From an uncultured Clostridia bacterium (GTDB lineage: Bacteria > Bacillota > Clostridia > Christensenellales > CAG-138): DNA of 64,000 nt. Position numbers and translations under genes: made by a program. The stretch covers positions 8,945 through 72,944 of the forward strand of contig CALDNN010000196.1 of NCBI GenBank assembly GCA_937915455.1. The letters are read 5' to 3'. Shown in pieces: positions 8,852-17,421 of the stretch. How positions within the stretch are numbered: the first letter of the stretch is position 1; each line of letters starts with the position of its first letter. The notes beneath the pieces were generated by a model that was not told the DNA's origin, ran no database searches, and saw nothing but the letters and a program-made list of their open reading frames with translations.

Positions 8852-10306
8852 ATGAACTTCAAAATCATCCTGCGGATACTGGGCGATCTCTTTTTAATCG
8901 AGGCGTTGCTTCTGGTTCCGTCTGTCGGATTAGCGATCTACGATGGGGAGGCCCATGTACTTAGGGCGCTTGCCATCACGATCGTGCTTCTAGCGCTCCT
9001 CGCGCTTGCCATACGAATTATTTTCAGGTGTAAGGAGCGTACTTTTTACGCCAGGGAGGGTTTCGTCCTGGTGGGCGCAGCCTGGATTACTCTCTCCGCT
9101 TTCGGGGCGCTCCCGTTCTACCTCAGCGGGGAGATTCCCCATTATGTGGATGCGTTCTTTGAGATCGTATCCGGCTTTACCACCACCGGCTCCTCCATTT
9201 TAACCAACGTGGAGGCGATGAGCCGCCCTCTGCTCTATTGGCGGAGCTTTTCCCATTGGGTAGGAGGAATGGGCATCCTCGTGTTCATGCTGGCGCTCAT
9301 GCCTAGCGCCAAGGGCAACGGCAGCAACTTCCATTTGCTCCGCGCGGAGAGCCCAGGCCCCTCGATTGAAAAGATGACGCCCAAAATGCAGAGCCACGCG
9401 AGCGCTCTCTACATCATCTACATCGTCTTGACGATCCTGTGCCTGGTTTTGCTGGTCGCGGGCGGGATGCCTTTCTTTGACAGCCTCTGCATCACCTTTG
9501 GTACGGCGGGTACCGGCGGCTTCGGCATCAAAGTGGATTCCATGGCCTCTTACCCCACGTTCTGCCAGGGGGTGGTTACGGTCTTTATGGCGCTGTTCGG
9601 CGTCAACTTCAACATTTACTTTTTGCTCCTGCTCCGCAGGTGGAAGGAGGCTCTGTTAGACGAGGAGCTGCGGGTTTACCTAGGCATTATGCTCAGCGCC
9701 ATTGCCATCATCACGCTGAATGTCACCCACCTCTTTTCCAACCTATGGGAAGCGGCTCACCATGTCGCTTTCTCAGTGAGCAGCGTAATGACCACCACCG
9801 GATACGTCACCGCCAACTTCGACAAATGGCCGGAGCTCTCCCGGGGTATCCTGCTAGTGCTGATGCTGTTCGGAGCGTCGGCGGGCTCCACCGGCGGCGG
9901 CATCAAGATCGTGCGCCTGGTGATGATGGCCAAATCCGCCCGGCGGGAATTGCGCCGAATGCTTCATCCCGGTTCGGTGATGTCGGTACGGATGAACAAC
10001 CGCTCCGTCGGGGAAAACACCCTTCAGGGTGTCGGCGTGTTTATGACCTATTACCTGACGATTCTGGTATCCTCCTTTCTGCTGGTTTCCCTAGATGATT
10101 TCTCGTTGGAAACCAACCTCTCGGCGGTGATCTCCTGCCTGAACAACATCGGCCCCGGCCTGGGGATGGTAGGGCCCGATGGGAACTTTGCCGCATACTC
10201 CCCCCTGAGCAAACTGGTTTTATCTGCGGATATGCTGCTGGGCCGCCTAGAAATCTTCCCTCTGGTCATCCTATTCAGCCCTCGCTCTTGGCATAGAACG
10301 GTATAA
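8852..10306 (+). CDS. trkH: TrkH/KtrB-type potassium transporter membrane subunit
   Basis: From ORF 8828..10306. Start MNFKIILRILG lies 8 nt after GAGGGA. Polytopic, with repeated selectivity-filter-like TTTGS / GTAGTGGFG / TTTGY / GSTGGGIK motifs. Confidence 0.9.
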   Translation: MNFKIILRILGDLFLIEALLLVPSVGLAIYDGEAHVLRALAITIVLLALLALAIRIIFRCKERTFYAREGFVLVGAAWITLSAFGALPFYLSGEIPHYVDAFFEIVSGFTTTGSSILTNVEAMSRPLLYWRSFSHWVGGMGILVFMLALMPSAKGNGSNFHLLRAESPGPSIEKMTPKMQSHASALYIIYIVLTILCLVLLVAGGMPFFDSLCITFGTAGTGGFGIKVDSMASYPTFCQGVVTVFMALFGVNFNIYFLLLLRRWKEALLDEELRVYLGIMLSAIAIITLNVTHLFSNLWEAAHHVAFSVSSVMTTTGYVTANFDKWPELSRGILLVLMLFGASAGSTGGGIKIVRLVMMAKSARRELRRMLHPGSVMSVRMNNRSVGENTLQGVGVFMTYYLTILVSSFLLVSLDDFSLETNLSAVISCLNNIGPGLGMVGPDGNFAAYSPLSKLVLSADMLLGRLEIFPLVILFSPRSWHRTV

Positions 10307-10469
10307 CCATTTTATGTTTCATAACCTGATGGTTCCTTTTATAGGAAAGCTTGATGATACGTTTGGTGCATCAAGCAATCCTGGTGAGGATAAAAGATAT
10401 TCAGATTTCAAGAAGCGGGCTGTGAACATGAGCTATAGCAGCGAACGCCCAGCCAAGGTTTGCCCGGCC

Positions 10470-11171
10470 TCAAGCGTCGATGATAAAAATGCCTAGCTCC
10501 TTCCGGCCCGGCAGGTAAAAAGGAAAATCGCACCTGCCGGTGGAAACGAGGTTCTCGGCCAGAAAGGCTTGGAGCTCCCCATCCGCTATAGCCGGGCTAT
10601 TGCAGCGGATGAAAGCGGCCGCGTCCGCCTCGCTTCGCAGGGGCTGGCCGAATTCAAAGGTGCTTCGTAGCAGCTGGTAAGTAAGTCCGGTCCTATCCAG
10701 TAGGGCGGCGATATCCGGCACGGTCTCGCGCTTCTTGCTGTGACCGTTGGGCTGGAGAGCAGCACCCTCCGGCTTGGCGTTGGCTACTCTTATTAACGAA
10801 CGAGAGGCCAGTTTCAGGCAATCCAGCATCATTTGCGGCGGGGGGCCGAAAAAGACCATGAGCACAACATCGAAAACCTCTCGGATATCCCGTGCATCGC
10901 CGCATATTGTGGTTAGGTTTGCAATGCCGGCCTCGGCAGCATTCTGCCGCAGGTTCGCCAGCACGGCCTCGTCCGTATCCACACAAGTGATATGATTTAC
11001 CATCGGGGTCAGGGCCAAGTCCAGCCCGCCCAGGCCGCATCCCATGTCACACAGGCGATCCTGCGGCAAAAGATAAGGGCGTATGGTATCCGCCAGCCTT
11101 TGGTGGAAATCGCGGTAGCGGCTGGCATCCAGATACCAATCTATGCGCTGCTTCGTCCAAATAAATGCCAC
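10470..11171 (-). CDS. Class I SAM-dependent methyltransferase, substrate unknown
   Basis: 233 aa. Motif I DMGCGLGGLDL, and an acidic residue after beta-2 (VDTD). Confidence 0.75.
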   Translation of the reverse strand: MAFIWTKQRIDWYLDASRYRDFHQRLADTIRPYLLPQDRLCDMGCGLGGLDLALTPMVNHITCVDTDEAVLANLRQNAAEAGIANLTTICGDARDIREVFDVVLMVFFGPPPQMMLDCLKLASRSLIRVANAKPEGAALQPNGHSKKRETVPDIAALLDRTGLTYQLLRSTFEFGQPLRSEADAAAFIRCNSPAIADGELQAFLAENLVSTGRCDFPFYLPGRKELGIFIIDA

Positions 11172-11443
11172 GTGCTTCTCTCCTTATTGGTTCACGCGCC
11201 GCCACTTATCGAATAGCCTGCCGCGTGGGTCTTCTGATTGTTTACATCCCACTCATCCGCCGTACATCCCACATGGCGGCAGAAGAGGACGGATGTGAGC
11301 TATGGCTATTCCCCAACCCCCCAAAAATTGCGATAATAGATTGCTTACGTCTTTAGCTGCCCCATAGCGGCTCCTTTTTATGCGAAAAGGGCGAAAGGCC
11401 GCGTTTCCGGGCCTCCCGCCTCCCAATGGGTGGGTGGAGTCGC

Positions 11444-12619
11444 TTATGCCGCCGGTTGCAGCGCTGCAGCCTTGAGGGTGGAATTGCCCAACAGACTCTG
11501 CACTTCTGCGTCGGTCAGCTCGTACCGGTAGAAGAGGCTGAAGAAATCCTTTACTTCCTTTTCGATGTCATAATCGAAGACCTCGGGATAAAGGAGGTTG
11601 CCAAGCCAGCGCACGCTGATCATGCGGTTGGGTCCCGGCGGGCGGCCCAGCCAGTTATAAGGCTCTGTGGGTATCTCGTAATACGTGTCATTTTTAATGG
11701 CATTGAGGGCCGCCCAGGAGGTATCCTCGGCTACGGTGGCATAAATGCTGCCTTGCGCAAACATGATCACATCCGGATCCCAGGCCAGCAGTTGTTCCAT
11801 GGAGATAGTGCCGCCGCCCTGCTGCACTTGGGCATTGCCCGCTTCCACCACGATCTTCGCGCCCACCAGCTCGTAGATTTGGGAGTGGATGGTGCCGCTG
11901 AGGATAGTGGAAAGGCCGGTATCCTTTTCGCCGTAGTAAACGGTTTTGCGCTTCGCCTCGGGGATGGAGGCCGCCTTTTCTTTGGCGTCCGCGAGTACGG
12001 TTTCACAATAGGAGGCCAGGGCTTCGCCCCGCGCCGGTTCGCCCAACAGCGAGCCGATGGTGCGATAGGCCGCGGGATTCTGCTCCAAGTTAGCTTCCAC
12101 CAAGATCACCGGGATGCCAAGCTGCTCCTGCAAGGTGTCAAGATCGGCCTTGTATTCTTCATCCCACTCGCCCACGTCGATGATGACCTCGGGTGCGCTG
12201 GCCATGAGGGCCTCGCGGTTGAAATCCTCTGCGTTGTCATAGAACTTGCCGTATTCCGGCAGATCCCAATAGGCTTCGCCGATGTACTTTTGGGCTAGCT
12301 TGGAAGGGCTGCTCGACCAACCCACGATCACCTCGGGCTTTACTGCATAGATCATGATGTTAGCCAGGGGGCCGCCGCTGGCTACGCGGGTGATGTTGCG
12401 AGGAAGTTCCACCTCGCGGCCGGTGGAATCGGTGAAGACATAGGTTTCGCTTTCTGGCTCAACTGTGGGTTCCGGCTCCGGTGCAGGGGCAGCCGGCTCA
12501 GCCGCGGGAGCCGCCGGTTCCGGGGCCGCTGCGGAGGGCGCTGCGCCGCAGCCGGCCAAGGCCAGCGTGAGGGCCAGGCACAACGCCAGGCATATGCATG
12601 CTCGCCAATTCTTGTTCAT
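11444..12619 (-). CDS. ABC transporter substrate-binding lipoprotein, FecB/BtuF (siderophore/cobalamin, type II importer) class
   Basis: From ORF 11444..12817. Start MNKNWRACICLALCLALTLALAGC (lipobox) at 12619, preceded by GGAGAG. Pro/Ala/Glu linker, then a periplasmic-binding-protein-2-like body. Confidence 0.85.
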   Translation of the reverse strand: MNKNWRACICLALCLALTLALAGCGAAPSAAAPEPAAPAAEPAAPAPEPEPTVEPESETYVFTDSTGREVELPRNITRVASGGPLANIMIYAVKPEVIVGWSSSPSKLAQKYIGEAYWDLPEYGKFYDNAEDFNREALMASAPEVIIDVGEWDEEYKADLDTLQEQLGIPVILVEANLEQNPAAYRTIGSLLGEPARGEALASYCETVLADAKEKAASIPEAKRKTVYYGEKDTGLSTILSGTIHSQIYELVGAKIVVEAGNAQVQQGGGTISMEQLLAWDPDVIMFAQGSIYATVAEDTSWAALNAIKNDTYYEIPTEPYNWLGRPPGPNRMISVRWLGNLLYPEVFDYDIEKEVKDFFSLFYRYELTDAEVQSLLGNSTLKAAALQPAA

Positions 12620-12639
12620 GGTCACTCTCCTTTTTTGCA

Positions 12640-13425
12640 TTATATCGTCATCGGCAGGCAAACCTTCACCCGCCGCTGATCGCGCTTTAAAGCGATATCC
12701 GCCAGCTGGATATCGATGCCGTACAGAGTGCGCAAGGTCTCCTCTGTGAGGATGGCATCCGGTGCGCCCAAAGCGAAATATCCATCCTTGCCCACGGCCA
12801 GCACTTTGTTGGCGCACAAAAAGGCATGGCCCGGCACATGGGTGATCATTACGATGGTGTAGCCCAAACCGGCGAGTTTTTTCACTTGGGCCAGCACACG
12901 GGTTTCGTTGCCGTAATCGAGGTGGGCGGTAGGCTCGTCCATCACCAAAAGCTTGGTGTTTTGCGCCAAAGCCCGGGCGATCATCACCATTTGCCGTTCG
13001 CCGCCGCTCACCTCAGTGTAATCCCTCTCTGCCAGGTGATCGATGCCCAGGAGGGCCAGCTTTTCATCGGCCGTATCATAATCCGCCTTGCCGGGGGAGG
13101 ATAACTCGTGCATATTGGGATTGCAGCCCATCACCACCACATCCCGCACCGCATAGGGAAAGGGCGGGATATGGCCCTGGGGCACATAGGCCACCATGCG
13201 GGCAAACTCTTTGGGCGTATTGGCGTGATAATCGCTGCCGTTCACCACAATGGAGCCGCCAAGGGGTTTCAAAAGGCCGAGGATGGTTTTAAACAGGGTG
13301 CTTTTGCCGATACCGTTGGAGCCGATCAGGCAGGCGATATCCCCCTTCTCAATTTCAAAGGACAGGGGGCCGATCACGGGCTTATTCGGCGCATAGCCGC
13401 AGATGAGATTTTCTACCTTGATCAT
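12640..13425 (-). CDS. ABC transporter ATP-binding protein, FecE/FepC/BtuD class
   Basis: Walker A GSNGIGKST, signature VSGGERQ, Walker B LLVMDEPTAHLD. No permease gene is adjacent. Confidence 0.9.
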   Translation of the reverse strand: MIKVENLICGYAPNKPVIGPLSFEIEKGDIACLIGSNGIGKSTLFKTILGLLKPLGGSIVVNGSDYHANTPKEFARMVAYVPQGHIPPFPYAVRDVVVMGCNPNMHELSSPGKADYDTADEKLALLGIDHLAERDYTEVSGGERQMVMIARALAQNTKLLVMDEPTAHLDYGNETRVLAQVKKLAGLGYTIVMITHVPGHAFLCANKVLAVGKDGYFALGAPDAILTEETLRTLYGIDIQLADIALKRDQRRVKVCLPMTI

Positions 13426-13512
13426 GATACGAACCCCTTTTTAGAGCGGCCGTTTCCTTTATCAAATTTGTGGCGAATACGGATATCAAGCATGTGTTTT
13501 GGCTGTTCCTGC

Positions 13513-13593
13513 CAGCCTGCGTCGTTTTGCTGCCGATGTGCCCGAAGGTGAACAACAATCGGCAGCAGCGCCAGCCATCCGGCGCGCAGGCTG
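13513..13593 (-). promoter_or_regulatory. Candidate cis-regulatory RNA element (tight three-way junction) in the 5' leader of the ABC ATPase gene
   Basis: Minus-strand RNA. P1 is CAGCCUGCG / CGCAGGCUG, 9 bp (13593..13585 with 13521..13513). P2 is the hairpin CGCCGG-AUGG-CUGGCG, and its G-U pair exists only on the minus-strand transcript. P3 is UGCUGCCGAU / AUCGGCAGCA, 10 bp with a 20-nt loop. No class assigned. Confidence 0.4.
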
Positions 13594-13668
13594 CCTTTTA
13601 TTTCATTATCCAAATCCACGTCCACCTTCCGCGTTATTCTTTTGCAAAGCATACGATAATCTGATATG

Positions 13669-13697
13669 ATTATATGTATCCAAACGGAATATGTCAA
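13669..13697 (-). promoter_or_regulatory. Consensus sigma-A promoter driving the ABC ATPase/SBP operon
   Basis: On the minus strand: TTGACA (13697..13692), exactly 17 nt, TATAAT (13674..13669). This leaves a ~236-nt untranslated leader before the ATG at 13425. Confidence 0.7.
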
Positions 13698-13767
13698 TCA
13701 TACACGCAATATCTCCGGGTTTATCTATAGCGAACGAATAAAATAATGGGAAAGGTAATAAAGGACG

Positions 13768-15015
13768 ATGGCTTTGCAAAAAGAAATTATCCCAAAGCGG
13801 GGCGAAATGGTACGCTTGATCCTGGAACACGTACGTCCCATCGGGCGGGCAGAGCTGATTCCCTTCGACCAGGCCTGCGGCAGGGTCTGCGCCGAGGATG
13901 CATACAGCAGCAATACTCTGCCCAACCGGCCCGTGAGCCGCTTTGACGGCATCGCCGTACGCTTTGCGGATTTCGCGGCCGGCCCGCCGGATACCGCAGG
14001 CTGGCGTGAAGGCCTAGAATATGCCTATGGCAATACGGGCATCGCCCTGCCCGAGAGCTACGATACCATGATCCCCATCGAGGATGTTACCATACATGAA
14101 GTGGGCATCGAGGTGCGCGCGCAGCCCAAATACAGGGGCGAAATGGTGAACGCCGTCGGTGAAAACCTACGAAAAGGCGAGCGGCTTATCGCCAAGGGCG
14201 AGGTAATCGCACCGGCACACGTAGGCCTGCTGGCAGCCGGGGGCGTTGCCGAGGTGTGCGTATTTGCCAAGCCCCGGGTGGGCGTGATCCCCACCGGGGA
14301 TGAACTGGTGCCGCCTACTACCGATGTAGCGCCCGGCAAAAACGTGGAGACCAACAGCTATATGATCGCGGCTTATCTGGAAGGCTGGGGCGCTATGCCC
14401 TGCCGCTACCCTATCGTGCGGGATGATCCGCAGGCGATCCGGGCGGCCCTCCAAAATGCCCTAAACGAGAACGACGCGGTAGTCATCATCGCCGGCTCTT
14501 CCCTGGGCACCAAGGATTATACCCTCCGTGTGCTTGGAGAGATGGGGGAGGTGGTCGTGCCCCAACTGGCCCACGGGCCCGGGCGTAAGAGCAGCCTTTC
14601 AGTGGTGGGCGGCAAGCCGGTGCTGGGCGTTGCCGGGCCGCCGCTGGGCGCGCAAATCACCTGCGACCTCTATCTGGCCCCTTTTGTGAGCGCGCTGCAG
14701 GGCCTGCTGCCCGTGGAAATGCGCACGCTGGAAGTGATCGCGGATGATGCCTTCCGGCCCCACGAGGTGGATTTTTGTGAGCGGGTACATATTTATCAGG
14801 CAAAGGACGGCTATCATATCCGCTCTGCCTTTGCCCCCAAGACCACCCGCGCCCAGATGCAGGCCCTGGCAAACGGCAACTTTTATCGGGTTGCCGGAAC
14901 CGCCTGTGCGGCGGGGGGAAGGACCACCGTGGAGCTGCTTTGTCCGCCGGAATACCTGCCGGAGGGGGATATGCTGACTGAAATTTTAGGAGAGGATGTG
15001 AAGCCCTATGCATAA
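13768..15015 (+). CDS. MoeA-like molybdopterin molybdotransferase paralog (divergent)
   Basis: 415 aa with MoeA architecture. It has PVSRFDGIAVR where MoeA has SAMDGYAVR, a conserved IPTGDELV, and GSSLGTKDY where MoeA has GGVSVG. Confidence 0.75.
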   Translation: MALQKEIIPKRGEMVRLILEHVRPIGRAELIPFDQACGRVCAEDAYSSNTLPNRPVSRFDGIAVRFADFAAGPPDTAGWREGLEYAYGNTGIALPESYDTMIPIEDVTIHEVGIEVRAQPKYRGEMVNAVGENLRKGERLIAKGEVIAPAHVGLLAAGGVAEVCVFAKPRVGVIPTGDELVPPTTDVAPGKNVETNSYMIAAYLEGWGAMPCRYPIVRDDPQAIRAALQNALNENDAVVIIAGSSLGTKDYTLRVLGEMGEVVVPQLAHGPGRKSSLSVVGGKPVLGVAGPPLGAQITCDLYLAPFVSALQGLLPVEMRTLEVIADDAFRPHEVDFCERVHIYQAKDGYHIRSAFAPKTTRAQMQALANGNFYRVAGTACAAGGRTTVELLCPPEYLPEGDMLTEILGEDVKPYA

Positions 15016-15808
15016 TCCCTGGAAGCTGTATGATGAGCTGATCGAAGGAATCCCAGCCGAACCTACGATCAAATATTACCAGGGTGGCTACAATTGGAGC
15101 CGGGTGGTTTCCAGCGAGGATAGCATGGGCTTGGCCATGACCATCCCCATGATCACGCGGCCGGCGCTTTTTCATGATCCCACCCTGGCAGGCAAGCCCT
15201 TGCGGGAGGCGGCCCAATTGGTGAAAAGCTGGAATTTTGTGGAGGCCGCCTTAGGCATGGCCGCCATTAACAGCTGGTATAACCAGCCCAAGCGGGCCGA
15301 AAGCTGCGGCTTTGTGCATCCCAACGTAGCCAACGGCCTACGCGAGGCATTCGATGTGTATTTTGAAGAAGTACAGGGCAAAAAAGTATGCATCGTCGGC
15401 CACTTCCCCTTCATCGAAAAGCGCTTTAGCGGTTACTGCGACCTTTCCATTCTGGAGCGCAACCCGGACATGGGGGATTATCCCGACCCAGCCTGCGAAT
15501 ACATCCTGCCCGAGCAAGACTATGTGTTCATCACCGGCAGCACCTTTGTCAACAAGACCCTGCCGCGCCTATTGGCCCTTTCGCAAAACGCCCGGGTGGT
15601 GATCGTCGGCCCCAGTACGCCCCTCGCGCCCATCCTCTTCGAGCGCGGCGTTTACGGCCTCTCCGGCTTTACCTCCACCAGCATCGACAGATTGGAGGAC
15701 GCCTTGCGCGGCGCCAGTAACATGACCCTCTTCGACGCCGGGCTGATGGTGGATCAGATGCGGGTGGGAAGGTTATCATGCTCGACGTATCCGTCGGGAG
15801 GTAGATAA
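15008..15808 (+). CDS. DUF364/DUF4213-type protein (Rossmann-like; conjectured heavy-metal chelation family)
   Basis: 266 aa with N-terminus MHNPWKLYDELIEGIP typical of the family as I recall it. Overlaps the MoeA-like gene by 8 nt, which suggests translational coupling. Confidence 0.6.
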   Translation: MHNPWKLYDELIEGIPAEPTIKYYQGGYNWSRVVSSEDSMGLAMTIPMITRPALFHDPTLAGKPLREAAQLVKSWNFVEAALGMAAINSWYNQPKRAESCGFVHPNVANGLREAFDVYFEEVQGKKVCIVGHFPFIEKRFSGYCDLSILERNPDMGDYPDPACEYILPEQDYVFITGSTFVNKTLPRLLALSQNARVVIVGPSTPLAPILFERGVYGLSGFTSTSIDRLEDALRGASNMTLFDAGLMVDQMRVGRLSCSTYPSGGR

Positions 15809-15846
15809 AGAGGCCGGCGCAGAGCGGCTCGATGGAAAACCCACGT

Positions 15847-15975
15847 AGGGGATGTTGAAAAAGCGGTGGCGATGGCCGGGATTGACTTTATCCTCAATGT
15901 GGTGCTTAATAAAGAAGGCCACGCCGTGGCGGGGCATCCCGTGCAGGCACACGGGGAAGGATACAAGTTCGGCAA
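15847..15975 (+). pseudogene. Possible C-terminal remnant of a LarA/DUF2088-like gene
   Basis: A 42-codon open stretch GDVEKAVAMAGIDFILNVVLNKEGHAVAGHPVQAHGEGYKF bounded by stops. The resemblance is recalled from memory only. Confidence 0.2.
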
Positions 15976-16104
15976 TGTGCTTTAGATGCGCTTTTTAGCC
16001 TTGGCAGGCATAAGACGGCGGCCATCGCCATGGCGCTCGAGGAGAGCGAAGCATTATATCGAAGCTTTTGTTGAATTATAATAATTCTCAAGGAGAAATA
16101 AAGT

Positions 16105-17280
16105 ATGGATTATGCCAAAGAATCCCTGCGGCTACATGAACAATGGCGAGGCAAGATCGAGGTGATCGCCAGCGTGCCTACCAAAGATAAAACCGATCTG
16201 TCCCTCGCCTATACCCCCGGCGTGGCGCAGCCCTGCTTGGAAATTCAAAAGGATGTGAACAGGAGCTATGATCTGACTCGGCGCTGGAATATGTGCCTCG
16301 TGGTATCGGATGGCACAGCGGTTCTGGGCCTTGGCGATATCGGCGCGGAGGCCAGCATGCCGGTCATGGAGGGGAAGTGCGTCCTCTTTAAATCCTTTGG
16401 CGATGTGGATGCGTTCCCAATGTGCATCAAGAGCAAGGATGTGGATACCATCGTGGAAACGATCTACCAGATCTCCGGCTCTTTTGGCGGCGTAAACCTG
16501 GAGGATATCGCCGCGCCGCGCTGCTTCGAGATCGAACGCAAGCTCAAAGAGCGCTGCGATATCCCGATCTTCCATGATGACCAGCACGGCACGGCGGTCG
16601 TGACCTTGGCGGGCCTTGTCAACGCGCTCAAGGTCGTAGGCAAGAAAAAAGAGGATGTGAAGGTCGTTTTCAACGGCGCAGGCGCTGCCAGTGTATCCAT
16701 TACCAAGCTACTGCTTTCCGACGGCTTTGAGCATATCACCATGTGCGATCGCACCGGCATCATATACCAGGGCCGCGAGAAGGGCATGAACGCCGTTAAG
16801 GAAGAGATGGCGAAGATCACCAACCTGGAGAAGAAGCAGGGCAGCCTGGCCGACGCGCTGGTGGGCGCGGATGTATTCATCGGCGTTTCTGCTCCCGGCA
16901 CGGTTACGCGGGAAATGGTGCGGCCCATGGCGGATCAGGCGATCGTGTTCGCCTGCGCAAACCCCACGCCGGAAATTTTCCCGGACGAAGCCAGGGAAGG
17001 CGGCGCTACGGTGATCGCGACGGGCCGGAGCGACTTCCCGAACCAGGTGAATAACGTGCTCGCGTTCCCAGGCATTTTCAGGGGAACCTTCGATGTGCGC
17101 GCCTCGGATATCAACGACGAAATGAAGATCGCGGCGGCCTATGCCCTCGCTGGGCTCATTTCCGATAGCGAGCTAAGGGCGGATTATATCATCCCCGCTT
17201 CCTTTGACCCGCGGGTCAGCAAGGCCGTATCGGCGGCGGTCGCCGAGGCCGCGCGAAAGAGCGGCGTCGCCAGGATTTAG
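16105..17280 (+). CDS. NAD(P)-dependent malic enzyme (oxaloacetate-decarboxylating malate dehydrogenase), short form
   Basis: 391 aa. Contains LAYTPGVA, GLGDIG and the NAD-binding GAGAA motif. Confidence 0.9.
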   Translation: MDYAKESLRLHEQWRGKIEVIASVPTKDKTDLSLAYTPGVAQPCLEIQKDVNRSYDLTRRWNMCLVVSDGTAVLGLGDIGAEASMPVMEGKCVLFKSFGDVDAFPMCIKSKDVDTIVETIYQISGSFGGVNLEDIAAPRCFEIERKLKERCDIPIFHDDQHGTAVVTLAGLVNALKVVGKKKEDVKVVFNGAGAASVSITKLLLSDGFEHITMCDRTGIIYQGREKGMNAVKEEMAKITNLEKKQGSLADALVGADVFIGVSAPGTVTREMVRPMADQAIVFACANPTPEIFPDEAREGGATVIATGRSDFPNQVNNVLAFPGIFRGTFDVRASDINDEMKIAAAYALAGLISDSELRADYIIPASFDPRVSKAVSAAVAEAARKSGVARI

Positions 17281-17294
17281 GATCACGGTCAAAA

Positions 17295-17328
17295 GGGCGC
17301 GTGCGGGTTTCCCGCATGCGCCCTTTTT
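17295..17328 (+). terminator. Rho-independent terminator of the malic enzyme gene
   Basis: 13-bp stem GGGCGCGTGCGGG / CCCGCATGCGCCC (one G-U pair), loop TTT, then TTTTT. Confidence 0.8.
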
Positions 17329-17350
17329 CGTTGGCATAGATCCTTTCCGT

Positions 17351-17375
17351 AATAAAGGCCCCGCAACGCGGGGCC
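17351..17375 (-). terminator. Rho-independent terminator of the rhamnose ABC operon
   Basis: GGCCCCGC / GCGGGGCC stem. On the minus strand it is followed by TTTATT. Confidence 0.7.
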
Positions 17376-17421
17376 TTTGACGGTTGTAGCTTCCATTCGG
17401 TTGCGCCGGTTTCCGTGCGGA

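Noticed and set aside
13426-13662. Calling the leader a cobalamin or Moco riboswitch because of its gene context.
   Set aside because: I could not find the cobalamin core (GCCACUG, or a B12 box with an AGYCMGG..CCKGCC fit) or a convincing Moco motif by eye. The class is left open pending cmscan.
13422-13697. A 91-aa ORF upstream of the ABC ATPase, considered as a possible remnant of the missing FecCD permease.
   Set aside because: There are no hydrophobic helices and no FecCD-like motifs in any frame. The region is better explained by nested perfect RNA helices downstream of a consensus promoter.
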